64,000 bases of DNA. Origin: Bryobacteraceae bacterium. Lineage in GTDB: Bacteria > Acidobacteriota > Terriglobia > Bryobacterales > Bryobacteraceae. The position numbers and the translations under genes were made by a program. The stretch lies in NCBI GenBank assembly GCA_026129905.1, contig JAHCHE010000013.1, forward strand, positions 101,475 through 165,474, written 5' to 3'. The notes below the pieces were generated by a model that did no database searches, was not told the origin of the DNA, and worked only from the letters and a program-made list of their open reading frames with translations. This document shows positions 47,226 to 56,999 of the stretch, piece by piece (position 1 is the stretch's first letter; each line of letters starts with the position of its first letter).

Positions 47226-48341
47226 ATGGCTGCCATCGTCTTCTGGTCGTCGCTCGCCGTCGTTCTCTACGTCTATCTCGCCTACCCAGCCCTCCTCAGG
47301 ATTCTGGCCGTCTTCTTTCGTCGCCCGGTCGCCAAAGCCCCCATCCTTCCATCCGTCTCCCTTGTCATTCCCGCCTATAACGAACAGCGCGTCATCGAAG
47401 CCAAGCTCCGCAACGTTCTTTCGGTCGACTACCCAGCGGAAAAGCTCGAAATAGTTGTCGTCTCGGACGGCTCCACCGACGCGACCAATGCCATCGTCGA
47501 AAAATACGCCTCCGCCGGCCGCGTCCGCCTGTTCGCCTTCGCTCAAAACCGCGGCAAAATCGCGGCGCTCAACGACGCGTTTCCCCATCTGCGCGGAGAA
47601 ATCGCCGCCCTTTCCGACGCCTCCAGCATGCTCGCTCCCGATGCCTTGCGCGTTCTCGTCTCCAGCTTCGCCGACCCCTCCGTCGGGGCGGTCAGCGGCC
47701 TCTACCGCGTTCGCCGCCAGCGCGAGGCCGAACTCGGCGAGCAGGAAGGCTTCTACTGGAGTTACGAAAGCTGGCTCAAAACATTGGAGGCGGAACTCGA
47801 CTCCATCCTCGGCGCCCATGGCTCGCTCTACGCCATCCGCACGAAACTCTATCCGTTTCCCGAGCCCGGCGCGATCAACGACGACTACATCATCCCCGTC
47901 CGGATCATCCAAAAGGGATACCGCGCCGTGTATGACACCCGCGCCCTCGCCTACGAAGAAGCGCTCGAGATGACCGGTTTCAAACGTCGCATCCGGATCA
48001 TGACCGGCAATTTCGAGCAGCTCAGCGAGCTTCGTCCTCTAATCTGGCACCCGCGCTGGCTGCCTCTATTCTTCTTTCTGTCTCATAAGGCCGGCCGGCT
48101 GGCTGTCCCCCTGGCCATGCTGGCCCTGTTCGCTTCCAACATCTTCCTCCTGGCCCAGCCGTTCTACCTCGCCGCGTGGATCGCGCAATTGCTTTTCTAC
48201 GGCGTCGTCGTCGTAGGAGCTCTATGGCCCGTGAACTCCCGGCTGCTGCGGCTGCCCTACTACTTCTGCATGATCAACGCGGCGGCCTTCTTCGGGCTTT
48301 ACTACGCTTTGATCGCCCGCCGTAAAATGGCCTGGAAGTAA
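47226..48341 (+). CDS. Family 2 glycosyltransferase (membrane-anchored)
   Basis: 'SLVIPAYNEQRVIEAKL...EIVVVSDGSTD' DxD-type GT2 motifs with C-terminal TM segments. ATG 47226 lies 2 nt after the asnB stop. Confidence 0.85.
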   Translation: MAAIVFWSSLAVVLYVYLAYPALLRILAVFFRRPVAKAPILPSVSLVIPAYNEQRVIEAKLRNVLSVDYPAEKLEIVVVSDGSTDATNAIVEKYASAGRVRLFAFAQNRGKIAALNDAFPHLRGEIAALSDASSMLAPDALRVLVSSFADPSVGAVSGLYRVRRQREAELGEQEGFYWSYESWLKTLEAELDSILGAHGSLYAIRTKLYPFPEPGAINDDYIIPVRIIQKGYRAVYDTRALAYEEALEMTGFKRRIRIMTGNFEQLSELRPLIWHPRWLPLFFFLSHKAGRLAVPLAMLALFASNIFLLAQPFYLAAWIAQLLFYGVVVVGALWPVNSRLLRLPYYFCMINAAAFFGLYYALIARRKMAWK

Positions 48342-48407
48342 GCCGTTATTCGGTTTTTTTCCGAACTGGTTTGCTGTCTTCGCCGTCGTGTGGTCTACTT
48401 GAATTGA

Positions 48408-49307
48408 GTGTCCATTGTCGTCGGCCGTCCCGTTCGGGACGATGCTCCACCTCGTACCGGGGCCCCGTTTGACTGGCCCGTCGTCGCGTGGTTCGCCATC
48501 CTGTTGATCGCCGCCTACGCTCAGGTCCTTTACCGTCTGCTTCAGCAGTGGTGGGCGGACCCCGATATGGGTCACGGCTTCTTTGTCCCCATCATTGCCG
48601 CCGTCATCGCCTGGGGCAGGCGCGATCGACTCCGATCCCTTGCACTGTCCACGAACTGGTGGGGACTGGCGCTCGTCGTGTGGGCGTCCGTCCAGCTCCT
48701 CATAGGCCTTTTGGGCGCCGAACTCTTTCTGACCCGTACCGCATTCCTGATCGCCCTCATCGGCGCCGTGCTCTTTTTGGGTGGCGCTGGACTCGTGCGC
48801 TCGTTGGCTTTCCCGCTGTTCCTGCTGTTCTTCATGGTTCCCATTCCCAAGGTGATCTTCAATCAGGTCGCCCTGCCCCTCCAGTTGCTTGCCAGCAACC
48901 TTGCTGAGGCCTTTCTAGGGGCCATCGGCGTGCCCGTCTTGCGCGAGGGCAATATCCTCGAACTCGCCAGCCAGCGCCTGAACGTCGTCGAAGCGTGCAG
49001 CGGCATTCGCTCGCTGCTGTCGCTTTCGTTTCTCGCCCTCGTCTACGCTTACTTCTTCGATTCCAAACCCTGGATGCGCGCCGTCCTCCTCCTCGCCAGC
49101 GCTCCCATCGCCATCCTCGCCAACGCAGGCCGCGTTGCCATCACCGGCATCCTCAGCGAACGCAATGCCGAACTCGCCGACGGCTTCTTCCACGCCGCCG
49201 AAGGCTGGGTCATTTTCGTTATCTCGCTCGCCGCCCTGTTCCTGGCGCACCGGCTGATTGACGTTTCCATCAACGGAGTCTCGCGTCTTGTTCGCCGTCC
49301 CCGATAG
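48408..49307 (+). CDS. Exosortase (EpsH/XrtA-like)
   Basis: 'WWADPDMGHGFFVPIIAAVIAWGRRDRL...' followed by 8 TM helices. Conserved Cys/Arg region 'ASQRLNVVEACSGIRSLLS...ANAGRVAITGIL'. Confidence 0.85.
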   Translation: MSIVVGRPVRDDAPPRTGAPFDWPVVAWFAILLIAAYAQVLYRLLQQWWADPDMGHGFFVPIIAAVIAWGRRDRLRSLALSTNWWGLALVVWASVQLLIGLLGAELFLTRTAFLIALIGAVLFLGGAGLVRSLAFPLFLLFFMVPIPKVIFNQVALPLQLLASNLAEAFLGAIGVPVLREGNILELASQRLNVVEACSGIRSLLSLSFLALVYAYFFDSKPWMRAVLLLASAPIAILANAGRVAITGILSERNAELADGFFHAAEGWVIFVISLAALFLAHRLIDVSINGVSRLVRRPR

Positions 49308-49959
49308 ATTTCGCTTTCTGAACTGGCGTCCCGCCCGCGTGTTGACCCTCGCGTTGGTCGCCCACATCGTCCTTGTGAACGCCTTTTCCCGAAAGGAGAC
49401 TCCGCCCCCGCCTCCTCCTCTTCGCGAGTTCCCCGCCAGTCTGGATGACTGGCGAATGGTGCACGAGGGAACCGTCGTTCGCGAAGTCCAGGATGTCCTT
49501 CGGGCCGATGAAACCCTTACGCGGACGTACTTCGGACGCGACGGCCGGGCGGCCTCCCTCTTTGTCGCCTTCTTCCGATCTCAGCGCGCCGGCGTCAACC
49601 CGCACTCTCCCAAGAACTGCCTGCCGGGCTCGGGCTGGCTTCCGCTGGAATCCGGGATCGTCTCCATTCCCTTGCCCGGCCGCTCCGTTCCGCTCCAGGC
49701 GAATCGTTACCTCATCGCCAAGGGAGACAGCAAGAGCGCCGTCCTCTATTGGTACCAGACGCGCGATCGAACGATTGCCAGCGAGTACGTCGCCCGCTTC
49801 TACCTCGTGCTGGACGCCATCCGCTCCAACCGCACCGACACCTCCCTGATCCGGATCTCCGTCCCTGTCGTCGGCGAAAACGTCGACGGCGCGTTCGACG
49901 CCGCGGTCGCCTTTGCGCAGATCGCCTTCGAGCCCCTCTGCCTGATCCTCCCGTCCTGA
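49258..49959 (+). CDS. EpsI-family exosortase-associated protein (start uncertain; overlaps the exosortase 3' end)
   Basis: N-terminal TM (ARVLTLALVAHIVLV) then a periplasmic domain. The exosortase-EpsI adjacency is characteristic. Confidence 0.7.
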   Translation: MTFPSTESRVLFAVPDRFRFLNWRPARVLTLALVAHIVLVNAFSRKETPPPPPPLREFPASLDDWRMVHEGTVVREVQDVLRADETLTRTYFGRDGRAASLFVAFFRSQRAGVNPHSPKNCLPGSGWLPLESGIVSIPLPGRSVPLQANRYLIAKGDSKSAVLYWYQTRDRTIASEYVARFYLVLDAIRSNRTDTSLIRISVPVVGENVDGAFDAAVAFAQIAFEPLCLILPS

Positions 49960-50034
49960 GGACATCCCCTCGGCGTCTCCAGTTCCTATGGGAGAGAAAT
50001 GCCGCCATCCTCCAACTACTCCCGTGGGGAGTCC

Positions 50035-50499
50035 ATGAGCGCCTGCCAGACCCAACACTTCGGCGTGATCGAGTACCTCCCCGATCAGGTGGTTACGTTC
50101 CCCGTCGGGCTGCCGGCCTTTGAAGACGAGCGTCAGTTCGTGCTGATCGAGCAGTCGGCCACCATCCCCGTGATCTTTCTTCAGAGCCTCGCCCGGCCAG
50201 ACCTGGCCTTTATCACCCTTCCTATGGCCGTCGTCGAACCTTCTTATCGGTTGAGCGTGTCGCCCGAAGACCTCGAGCTCCTTCAGCTTCCGCCCGACAT
50301 CCCGGCGACCTCCCCAGAGAACGTTCTCTGCCTCGCCATCGTCACCGTGCCCGAGGCCGGGCCGCCCACCGCGAACCTCATGGCGCCTGTCGTCATCTGT
50401 CGCGAGAGCCGTTGCGCCGTGCAGGCGATCCAGTCCGATTCGGCGTACTCTCACCAGCACGTCCTGCCGGCGACCTCCCCGGAGGAACGATGCTCGTAA
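50035..50499 (+). CDS. fliW: Flagellar assembly factor FliW
   Basis: 'MSACQTQHFGVIEYLPDQVVTFPVGLPAFEDERQFVLIEQ...PVIFLQSLARPDLAFITLP...TANLMAPVVI' is the FliW signature. It overlaps the csrA start. Confidence 0.8.
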   Translation: MSACQTQHFGVIEYLPDQVVTFPVGLPAFEDERQFVLIEQSATIPVIFLQSLARPDLAFITLPMAVVEPSYRLSVSPEDLELLQLPPDIPATSPENVLCLAIVTVPEAGPPTANLMAPVVICRESRCAVQAIQSDSAYSHQHVLPATSPEERCS

Positions 50500-50720
50500 T
50501 TCGCAGAAAGCCCGGCGAATCCATCCTCATCGGCGAGGACATCGAGATCCAGGTCATCGATATCTCTCCTTCCCGCGTCCGCATCGGCATCTCCGCGCCC
50601 TCCAGCGTGCTCATCCTCCGCAAAGAGATCCAGTTGGCACAGCGCCAAAACCTCGCCGCGGCCCTCCGCTTCTCCCCTGACGCCGTCCGCTCCGTCCTCT
50701 CCCGTTTCCCCGCCCGCTGA
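50490..50720 (+). CDS. csrA: Carbon storage regulator CsrA (with C-terminal extension, FliW-partner type)
   Basis: 'MLVIRRKPGESILIGEDIEIQVIDISPSRVRIGISAPSSVLILRKEI' with a GGAGG SD at -9. Confidence 0.85.
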   Translation: MLVIRRKPGESILIGEDIEIQVIDISPSRVRIGISAPSSVLILRKEIQLAQRQNLAAALRFSPDAVRSVLSRFPAR

Positions 50721-50846
50721 CCGCCCGGCGCCCCAAAACAATCCGTTCATACTTCATCCCTAGTCACCGATAAGCCCACTGTGAGCAGTTAGCGGCTTAC
50801 GCCGCAGGCCGGGAAGGATCCCAGGCCCCACATTTCAGGAGAGAAC

Positions 50847-53800
50847 ATGGCTTACAGTATCAACACCAATGTCACATCCTTGCAGGCACAGGATTACCTG
50901 CGGATCAGCTCCGAGTTTCAGAGCAAGACCATCAACCGAGTCACTTCGGGCTTACGCATCATCAGCTCCGGTGACGACGCGGCCGGTCTCGCGATCGCCA
51001 ACAGCCTTCGCTCAGACCGCGCCGTGATTACCCAGGGCGTTCGCAACGCCAACGACGGCTTGTCCACCTTGCAGACCATCGACGGCGGCATCAACAACAT
51101 CTCTCAGTTGCTCGATCGCGCCCGGACCCTCGCCGCCCAGTCGGCCTCGGGTACGTTCTCCGGCAACCGGAACGTGCTGAACAGCGAGTTCGAGAGCGTG
51201 ATCCTGGAAATCGATCGCCAGGCCCAGGCGATCGGCCTCGATCAGGGCGGCAGCTTCGCCAAGAACCTGACCGTATTCATCGGCGGCGGCCGCAGCAATT
51301 CCGGCGTCTCCGAGATTGCCAACGGCTCCCTCTCCGTCGATCTGTCGCAATCCACGGTCGATTCCAAGAGCCTTGGACTCAAAGGCGTGCAGGCGCTCGG
51401 AGCCCCGGGCACCGATATCGGCACGGGCTCCGTTTCCACCAGCGTCGGGCAGATTCTCGCCGATCTGTCCAATCTCAATGACCTCACCACGGCCAACTAC
51501 ACGGTCTTCAAGTTCTACGGACCCGGCTTTGGCGATGGCGACGGCGTCGCGATCTCCGTCAATACGCAGGGCGTCACCGACACCGACACCCTCGTGACCG
51601 CCATCAACGCCGCCATTGAATCGGCTGGAAACGGTGGCTCCACCGCGGCTACGGCCTTTAAGAACGCCAATATTGTGGCCTCCGTCAACACCGACAGCGC
51701 CGGCCGCAAGCAGCTTGCCTTCTCTTCCAGCAGCACCGCCTTCCAGGTCAAAGCCGGCGACAAGATGGCGAACGCCCTCATGGGCAACTTCGGAGTCGGC
51801 GCCACGGGCGCGGATATGTCCACCACGGTGACCGCTGACGTAGCCTCTGCCGCAGGCTCTGCCGCCTTTGGCGCCGCCGGCGCCGGCGACATCGTCTTCC
51901 GTTTCCAGGGCGCCGGCATGACCAGTCCACTGGAATTGACCGTCAGCGTCGCGGCTGCGACCACGGTGGCCGAGGCGATCGCCGACCTGAGCACCCAGGT
52001 GGTAAACAACGCCACCCTGAAGGCCGCCGGGATCAGTCTCACCAGCGCTTCCGCCGGATCCGCTCTCGAATTCACCAGCACTCGTAGCGAACAATTCGAC
52101 GTGCAGGTCAGTAACGACAAACTGAACCATCTTGGATTCGGCTCGTTCCTGGCCGGCGTGAACGCCGCCTTCGACTACGCAAGCATCACCGCTTCCGCCA
52201 ACTACTCCACGGCCTCGGTCGGCTCGGCTACGTTCGAAGTCTCCATCAACGGCGGGGCTTCAAACACAAACGCGATGGTCGTTAACCTCGCGGGAGGCGA
52301 CGCCACCGCCGCCACCGTCAGCGGCACGGATACCGCCTTGACGGTCGATACCACCGGCGGCGCCAACCTGTTCCGACTCGCCGTCGACGGCTCGGTATAT
52401 GCCATCGCGCTGACGGCCAATGCCACCGCCAGCAAGATTACGTTGGCCAACGACATCAACACCGCGGTCGGCGCAACCATCGCCAGCGTCGGCGCCGACG
52501 GCAAACTCGTCCTCGCTTCCACGACCAAGGGCGCCGCCTCCACCATCCAGATCCTCGCTGGCACCGCCAATGCTGTGCTTGGCTTCACGGAAGGGGACGT
52601 CGTCACGGGCGCTTCCCGGTCCGGAGCCAGCGTGGCCGATGCCCTCAATGCGGCCATCGCCGCCGACGCCGAATTGAGCGCCGCGGGCCTGGTGGCGGAC
52701 TTCGGCGTCACCGCCGCCGGCAAAATCAGCATCAACTCCAGCAACGGGACCTACTTCCGCCTGAATACGTTCGGCGACGTGGCGGCCGCCACCGCCATGG
52801 GCACAAAGGCTGCCACCTATGACACCACCGGCGGCAACAACGTGCTGACCATCGCTGTGGACGGCGGCTTGGCCCAAACCGTGACCCTCACCGCCGGCGC
52901 CGCCCGCACGGCCGCCCAGATCGTGCAGGATATCAACGACGCCGACATCGGCGTCACCGCCTCGGTCGTGACGCACGGCGGCGTGAATTTCGTCCAGGTC
53001 GTCTCCGACACCACTGGCGCCGCTTCCTCCCTCGAGTTCGGTGGCACGGCGCGCACCATAATTGGCTTCGCCGCAACCGCCTATGACGGCACGGAAGCCA
53101 ATGCCGGCTATGGCGTGGCAGGCCAGACGTTCGCGGGCAATGTTGCCAGCGCGGCGCCGGCCACCGCCGCTCAGTTCAATGCGGGCGGCTCTCAGGCCAC
53201 CGCGGCGCTTGCTTTCCAGCCCCTGGCCTACGGCAACGACGATCAGACCATCACCATCTCCGCCAACGACAACGCCGGCGTGCAGCAGTCCAAGACGATC
53301 GTCTTGAAAAACGACGGCGCCAGCGATCGCTATGGCCGGAACATCGATCAGGTGCTCGACAAAATCAACGCCGACCTCCAACAGACCAACAACCAGACCT
53401 TGCAGAAGATCGTGGCCGTCAAGGTCAACGACGGCGGCGTGGAGAAGATCCAGTTCCTGAGCTCGCTCGGCGCCTTCCAGGTCTCCATCGGGCAGACCCC
53501 GGACGGCAACGGCATCGGCGCTCAGGGCAGCACGCAGTCGTCGCAGGCCTTGGACGGCGGCAGCGTCGCGGCCATCGATACCCAGGCCGGCGGTGAAGCC
53601 GCCGTCGCCGCGCTCGCCAACGCCGTGGCCGCCCTCGGCGAGGCTCAGGCCGTCGTCGGTAAGGGCCAGAACCGCTTTAACTTCGCCGTCAACCTCGCCC
53701 AGACCCAGCTCAACAACCTGGCGGCGTCGGAATCCCGCATCCGCGACGCCGACCTGGCGCTGGAAGCGGCGAACCTGACCAAAGCCCAGATCATGCAACA

Positions 53801-53870
53801 GGCCGGCATCGCCGCCTTGGCCCAGGCCAATTCGGCGCCGCAGACCGTCCTCAGCCTGCTCCGCGGGTAA
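50847..53870 (+). CDS. Flagellin, giant (1007 aa) with very long Ala/Gly/Thr/Ser-rich variable region
   Basis: Conserved D0/D1 N-terminus (MAYSINTNVTSLQAQDYLRISSEFQSKTINRVTSGLRIISSGDDAAGLAIANSL...) and C-terminus (...QNRFNFAVNLAQTQLNNLAASESRIRDADLALEAANLTKAQIMQQAGIAALAQANSAPQTVLSLLRG). About 700 aa of insert lie between them. Confidence 0.9.
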   Translation: MAYSINTNVTSLQAQDYLRISSEFQSKTINRVTSGLRIISSGDDAAGLAIANSLRSDRAVITQGVRNANDGLSTLQTIDGGINNISQLLDRARTLAAQSASGTFSGNRNVLNSEFESVILEIDRQAQAIGLDQGGSFAKNLTVFIGGGRSNSGVSEIANGSLSVDLSQSTVDSKSLGLKGVQALGAPGTDIGTGSVSTSVGQILADLSNLNDLTTANYTVFKFYGPGFGDGDGVAISVNTQGVTDTDTLVTAINAAIESAGNGGSTAATAFKNANIVASVNTDSAGRKQLAFSSSSTAFQVKAGDKMANALMGNFGVGATGADMSTTVTADVASAAGSAAFGAAGAGDIVFRFQGAGMTSPLELTVSVAAATTVAEAIADLSTQVVNNATLKAAGISLTSASAGSALEFTSTRSEQFDVQVSNDKLNHLGFGSFLAGVNAAFDYASITASANYSTASVGSATFEVSINGGASNTNAMVVNLAGGDATAATVSGTDTALTVDTTGGANLFRLAVDGSVYAIALTANATASKITLANDINTAVGATIASVGADGKLVLASTTKGAASTIQILAGTANAVLGFTEGDVVTGASRSGASVADALNAAIAADAELSAAGLVADFGVTAAGKISINSSNGTYFRLNTFGDVAAATAMGTKAATYDTTGGNNVLTIAVDGGLAQTVTLTAGAARTAAQIVQDINDADIGVTASVVTHGGVNFVQVVSDTTGAASSLEFGGTARTIIGFAATAYDGTEANAGYGVAGQTFAGNVASAAPATAAQFNAGGSQATAALAFQPLAYGNDDQTITISANDNAGVQQSKTIVLKNDGASDRYGRNIDQVLDKINADLQQTNNQTLQKIVAVKVNDGGVEKIQFLSSLGAFQVSIGQTPDGNGIGAQGSTQSSQALDGGSVAAIDTQAGGEAAVAALANAVAALGEAQAVVGKGQNRFNFAVNLAQTQLNNLAASESRIRDADLALEAANLTKAQIMQQAGIAALAQANSAPQTVLSLLRG

Positions 53871-53906
53871 CCTCGGTTCCCCGGAGTAACAGTCGGCAGC
53901 AGTAGC

Positions 53907-53957
53907 GAGCCGCGGCCATCGTAGACGACGATCCGCGATGGCTGCGGCTCTCTTGTT
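53907..53957 (+). terminator. Putative intrinsic terminator after flagellin
   Basis: 15-bp inverted repeat gagccgcggccatcg / cgatggctgcggctc (one G-U) followed by tcttgtt. Confidence 0.45.
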
Positions 53958-54034
53958 CCAACCAGCCGGCCGCGCCCTCGGGGCGCGCCCCTGGCAGCAG
54001 CGTCCATCCAAGCGGAGGTACTGAAAGTCTCATC

Positions 54035-55990
54035 ATGTCCGTCATACCGGAGCTGTTGGATTGTGCGGTCGCGCACCACAAGGCCGGCCGTTTCGCCGAA
54101 GCCGAGGGCCTCTACCGCAGAGTTCTGACCATCGAGCCGCGCCACGCCGATTCACACCACCTCCTGGGCCTGCTCGCCGGAGAAGCCGGCAACTACCCCC
54201 TCGCCGTCGCCTGCATCGGCCGCGCGATTCAATTCAAGCCCTGGGAGCCGCTCTACTATCGCAATCTGGGCCTGGCGCTGCATCGGGACCAAAGGTATGA
54301 GCAGGCGATTATCTGCTATTCCAAGGCGATCGAGCTGGAGCCCAACCACGCCGAAACCCTCCTCCGCATGGGCCGCTCCCTCGCCGCCCGCGGCTTGCTC
54401 GACGACGCCATCCAGTTGTTCCTCCATGCCCGGCGCCTTGCGCCTAACGAGCCAAATGCCCACCTCGATCTCGGCCTCGCCTTCGCCCGGACGGGGAAGC
54501 TTGACGAAGCGGCCGCCAGTTTCGGCGAGGCGCTCTGGTTGCGGCCCAACGACCCCCAGGCCGCTTTCGAACTCGGCAACTCCCTCCATATGTTGGATCG
54601 CCTTGTCGAAGCCGAACAGGCATACCGCCGGGTGGTGGCTCTGGAACCCCGGCATCCGGACGCCTGGTTCAACCTCGGCGTGACTCTCTCTCGTCGGAGT
54701 TCCTTCCTCGAAGCCATCGCCGCCTATGAGGCTGCCTTGGAAATCAGGCCATCCCACGCGGCCGCCCATAACAACCTGGCGAACCTCCGCCAGGCCCAGG
54801 GCAAACTCGACGAGGCGATCGCCGGCTACCAGGCGGCGCTCCGGCTGGAGCCGGCCAACCTCGATACCCGTTACAATCTCGGCCTCGCCTTCCAGGAGCG
54901 GTTCCGCTTTGATGAAGCGCTCGACGCCTACGACGATGTCCTCTCGCATCAGCCGGACCACGTCGAGGCCCAGAACAATCGCGCCAATACGCTGCTGGCC
55001 CTGGGACGCCCGCGCGAGGCCGTCGAAGGCTATACCCTCGCCATCCGCCGGCAACCAGATCATCTCGAGGCCAACTTCAACCGGGGCATCGCGCGACTCC
55101 TCCTCGGCAATTTCGCCGAGGGCTGGCAAGGCTACGAGTGGCGCTCCCGCCAAACGAATGCCCCTCGTCGCGACTTTGAGCAGCCACTCTGGGATGGCGA
55201 GCCCCTTACGACCCAGACTCTGCTCGTCCACGCGGAACAGGGCCTCGGCGACGCCATCCAGTTTGTTCGATACCTCCCGCTCGTCAGGGAAAGGTGCGCG
55301 CGCGTCTTTTTCGAATGCCAGCCCCGCCTTGTCCCGCTCTTCGCCGGCCTCTCCTCTATCGATGGCCTGATCGCCCGGGGTTCGCCGCTGCCGGATTTCG
55401 ATTTCCATATCCCCTTGATGAGCTTGCCGCGCGTCTTCGAAACAACGCTGGAGACAATTCCCTCCGATACCCCTTACCTCGCCATCAATCCGGACCTCGT
55501 CGGCTATTGGCGCCGGCGGATTGGTTTCCCGGGGCGCCGCAAGATCGGCCTCGTGTGGGGCGGCAACGCCGGCTTCAAGAATGAGCTGCGCCGCGGCCTG
55601 CCCCTCGAGACGTTCCGGCCCCTGGCCGCCCTCCGCGACGTCGCCCTGTTCAGCCTTCAGCGCGGACCGCAGGCACGTCAGCTCGAAGCTCTCCCCCCCG
55701 GCATGAAGGTCCATCATCTCGAGCCCGAGGAGAATCAGATCACCGATACGGCCGCCATCCTCCACGTTCTCGACCGAGTGATCACCGTCGATACGATGGT
55801 CGCTCACCTCGCCGGCGCCCTGGCCCGGCCGGTCTGGACCTTGCTGTCCTTCGCGCCCGACTGGCGATGGCTTCTCGATCGTCCCGACAGCCCCTGGTAC
55901 CCCACCATGCGCCTGTTCCGCCAGCCGCGCGAGGGGGACTGGGAGACCGTTGTGCATCGGGTTGCCGCGGAACTCAAAACCGGCTGTTGA
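54035..55990 (+). CDS. TPR-repeat protein with C-terminal GT9 (heptosyltransferase-fold) glycosyltransferase domain; FlmG-like candidate flagellin glycosyltransferase
   Basis: About 10 TPR units (AYRRVLTIEPRHADSHHLLG..., AIICYSKAIELEPNHAET...). Then 'LLVHAEQGLGDAIQFVRYLP...IGLVWGGN...TVDTMVAHLAGALARPVWTLL', typical of GT9 ADP-heptose transferase-like domains. Confidence 0.65.
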   Translation: MSVIPELLDCAVAHHKAGRFAEAEGLYRRVLTIEPRHADSHHLLGLLAGEAGNYPLAVACIGRAIQFKPWEPLYYRNLGLALHRDQRYEQAIICYSKAIELEPNHAETLLRMGRSLAARGLLDDAIQLFLHARRLAPNEPNAHLDLGLAFARTGKLDEAAASFGEALWLRPNDPQAAFELGNSLHMLDRLVEAEQAYRRVVALEPRHPDAWFNLGVTLSRRSSFLEAIAAYEAALEIRPSHAAAHNNLANLRQAQGKLDEAIAGYQAALRLEPANLDTRYNLGLAFQERFRFDEALDAYDDVLSHQPDHVEAQNNRANTLLALGRPREAVEGYTLAIRRQPDHLEANFNRGIARLLLGNFAEGWQGYEWRSRQTNAPRRDFEQPLWDGEPLTTQTLLVHAEQGLGDAIQFVRYLPLVRERCARVFFECQPRLVPLFAGLSSIDGLIARGSPLPDFDFHIPLMSLPRVFETTLETIPSDTPYLAINPDLVGYWRRRIGFPGRRKIGLVWGGNAGFKNELRRGLPLETFRPLAALRDVALFSLQRGPQARQLEALPPGMKVHHLEPEENQITDTAAILHVLDRVITVDTMVAHLAGALARPVWTLLSFAPDWRWLLDRPDSPWYPTMRLFRQPREGDWETVVHRVAAELKTGC

Positions 55991-56030
55991 CGCCGCTGCG
56001 CGTCCCTGCGGTATGCTCGTCAGGCAAGCT

Positions 56031-56921
56031 ATGCCTTACCGCTTGGTCTCCATCGTCGCCCTGCTCGCCCTCGCCGCTCACGCCGCCCCGATCGGCCCCA
56101 TCCCGCTCTGGAAAGGTCCGGCCCCCGGAGATACGGCTGGCATCGGTCCCGAGCACGATACCACCACCGACAAGGACGCCCTTGTCGCCGGCAAACGCGT
56201 CAGCCGCATCACCAACATCGCCAATCCCACCATCACCGTTTACCCTACCGCGAAAGCCGCGCCGAAAGGCCCCGCCGTGCTTGTGTTTCCCGGCGGAGGC
56301 TACCGCATCCTCGCCTGGGATCTCGAGGGGACCGAAATTTGCGAGTGGCTCAACTCCGTCGGCGTCACCTGCGTTCTCGTGAAATACCGTGTGCCGGCCC
56401 GCGAAGGCTTACCCCGCTGGGCCCCGCCCTTGCAGGACGCTCAGCGCGCTCTTGGAACCGTTCGCGCCCGCGCCTCGGAGTGGGGCATCGATCCCGTCCG
56501 CGTCGGCGTACTTGGCTTCTCCGCCGGAGCCCACCTGTCGGCCATGCTCAGCAACAGCTTCGACCAGCGCCGCTACCCCCGCGTCGACGCCGCCGACGAC
56601 CTATCCTGCCGCCCCGACTTCGCGGTGCTCGTCTATCCCGGCGGAATCGTCCCCCGCGACTCCGACGCCATGTCGCCCGACTTGCATGTCATTCCCAAAG
56701 CCCCACCCACCTTCATCGTCCAAACGCAGGACGATAACGTGCGCGTCGAGAACAGCCTCGCCTACTACGCCGCCCTCAAGGCGGCCAAGGTCCCGATCGA
56801 GATGCACCTCTACCCGTCCGGAGGACACGGCTACGGATTGCGCCCTTCCCCGCACTCCGTCTCCGCCTGGCCCGCCCGCGTGGAAGACTGGATGCGCTCG
56901 CTCGGCATCGTCGGAAAATAG
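56031..56921 (+). CDS. Secreted alpha/beta-hydrolase esterase (acetyl-esterase/lipase-like)
   Basis: Signal peptide (MPYRLVSIVALLALAAHA). 'LVFPGGGY' oxyanion-type motif, 'GFSAGAHL' nucleophile elbow, and C-terminal 'GGHGYG'. Confidence 0.75.
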   Translation: MPYRLVSIVALLALAAHAAPIGPIPLWKGPAPGDTAGIGPEHDTTTDKDALVAGKRVSRITNIANPTITVYPTAKAAPKGPAVLVFPGGGYRILAWDLEGTEICEWLNSVGVTCVLVKYRVPAREGLPRWAPPLQDAQRALGTVRARASEWGIDPVRVGVLGFSAGAHLSAMLSNSFDQRRYPRVDAADDLSCRPDFAVLVYPGGIVPRDSDAMSPDLHVIPKAPPTFIVQTQDDNVRVENSLAYYAALKAAKVPIEMHLYPSGGHGYGLRPSPHSVSAWPARVEDWMRSLGIVGK

Positions 56922-56999
56922 GTCCCACCCGCTCTCCGTCGCGATTCGCTGTTCCGTAACCGGGAATTTATCCCGCCGTGACCGGATCTACCGGATAAG

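Noticed and set aside
50721-50846. Full sigma28 promoter upstream of flagellin
   Set aside because: Only the -10 element (CCGATAA) matches well; no convincing TAAA -35 at the right spacing. Reported as suggestive only.
51012-54145. Several long minus-strand ORFs (51012..52130, 52260..54011 and others)
   Set aside because: They are antisense to the flagellin gene and compositionally biased (Gly/Ala/Arg). The flagellin assignment on the plus strand is unambiguous.
54152-55957. 601-aa minus-strand ORF
   Set aside because: Antisense to the TPR-GT9 gene.
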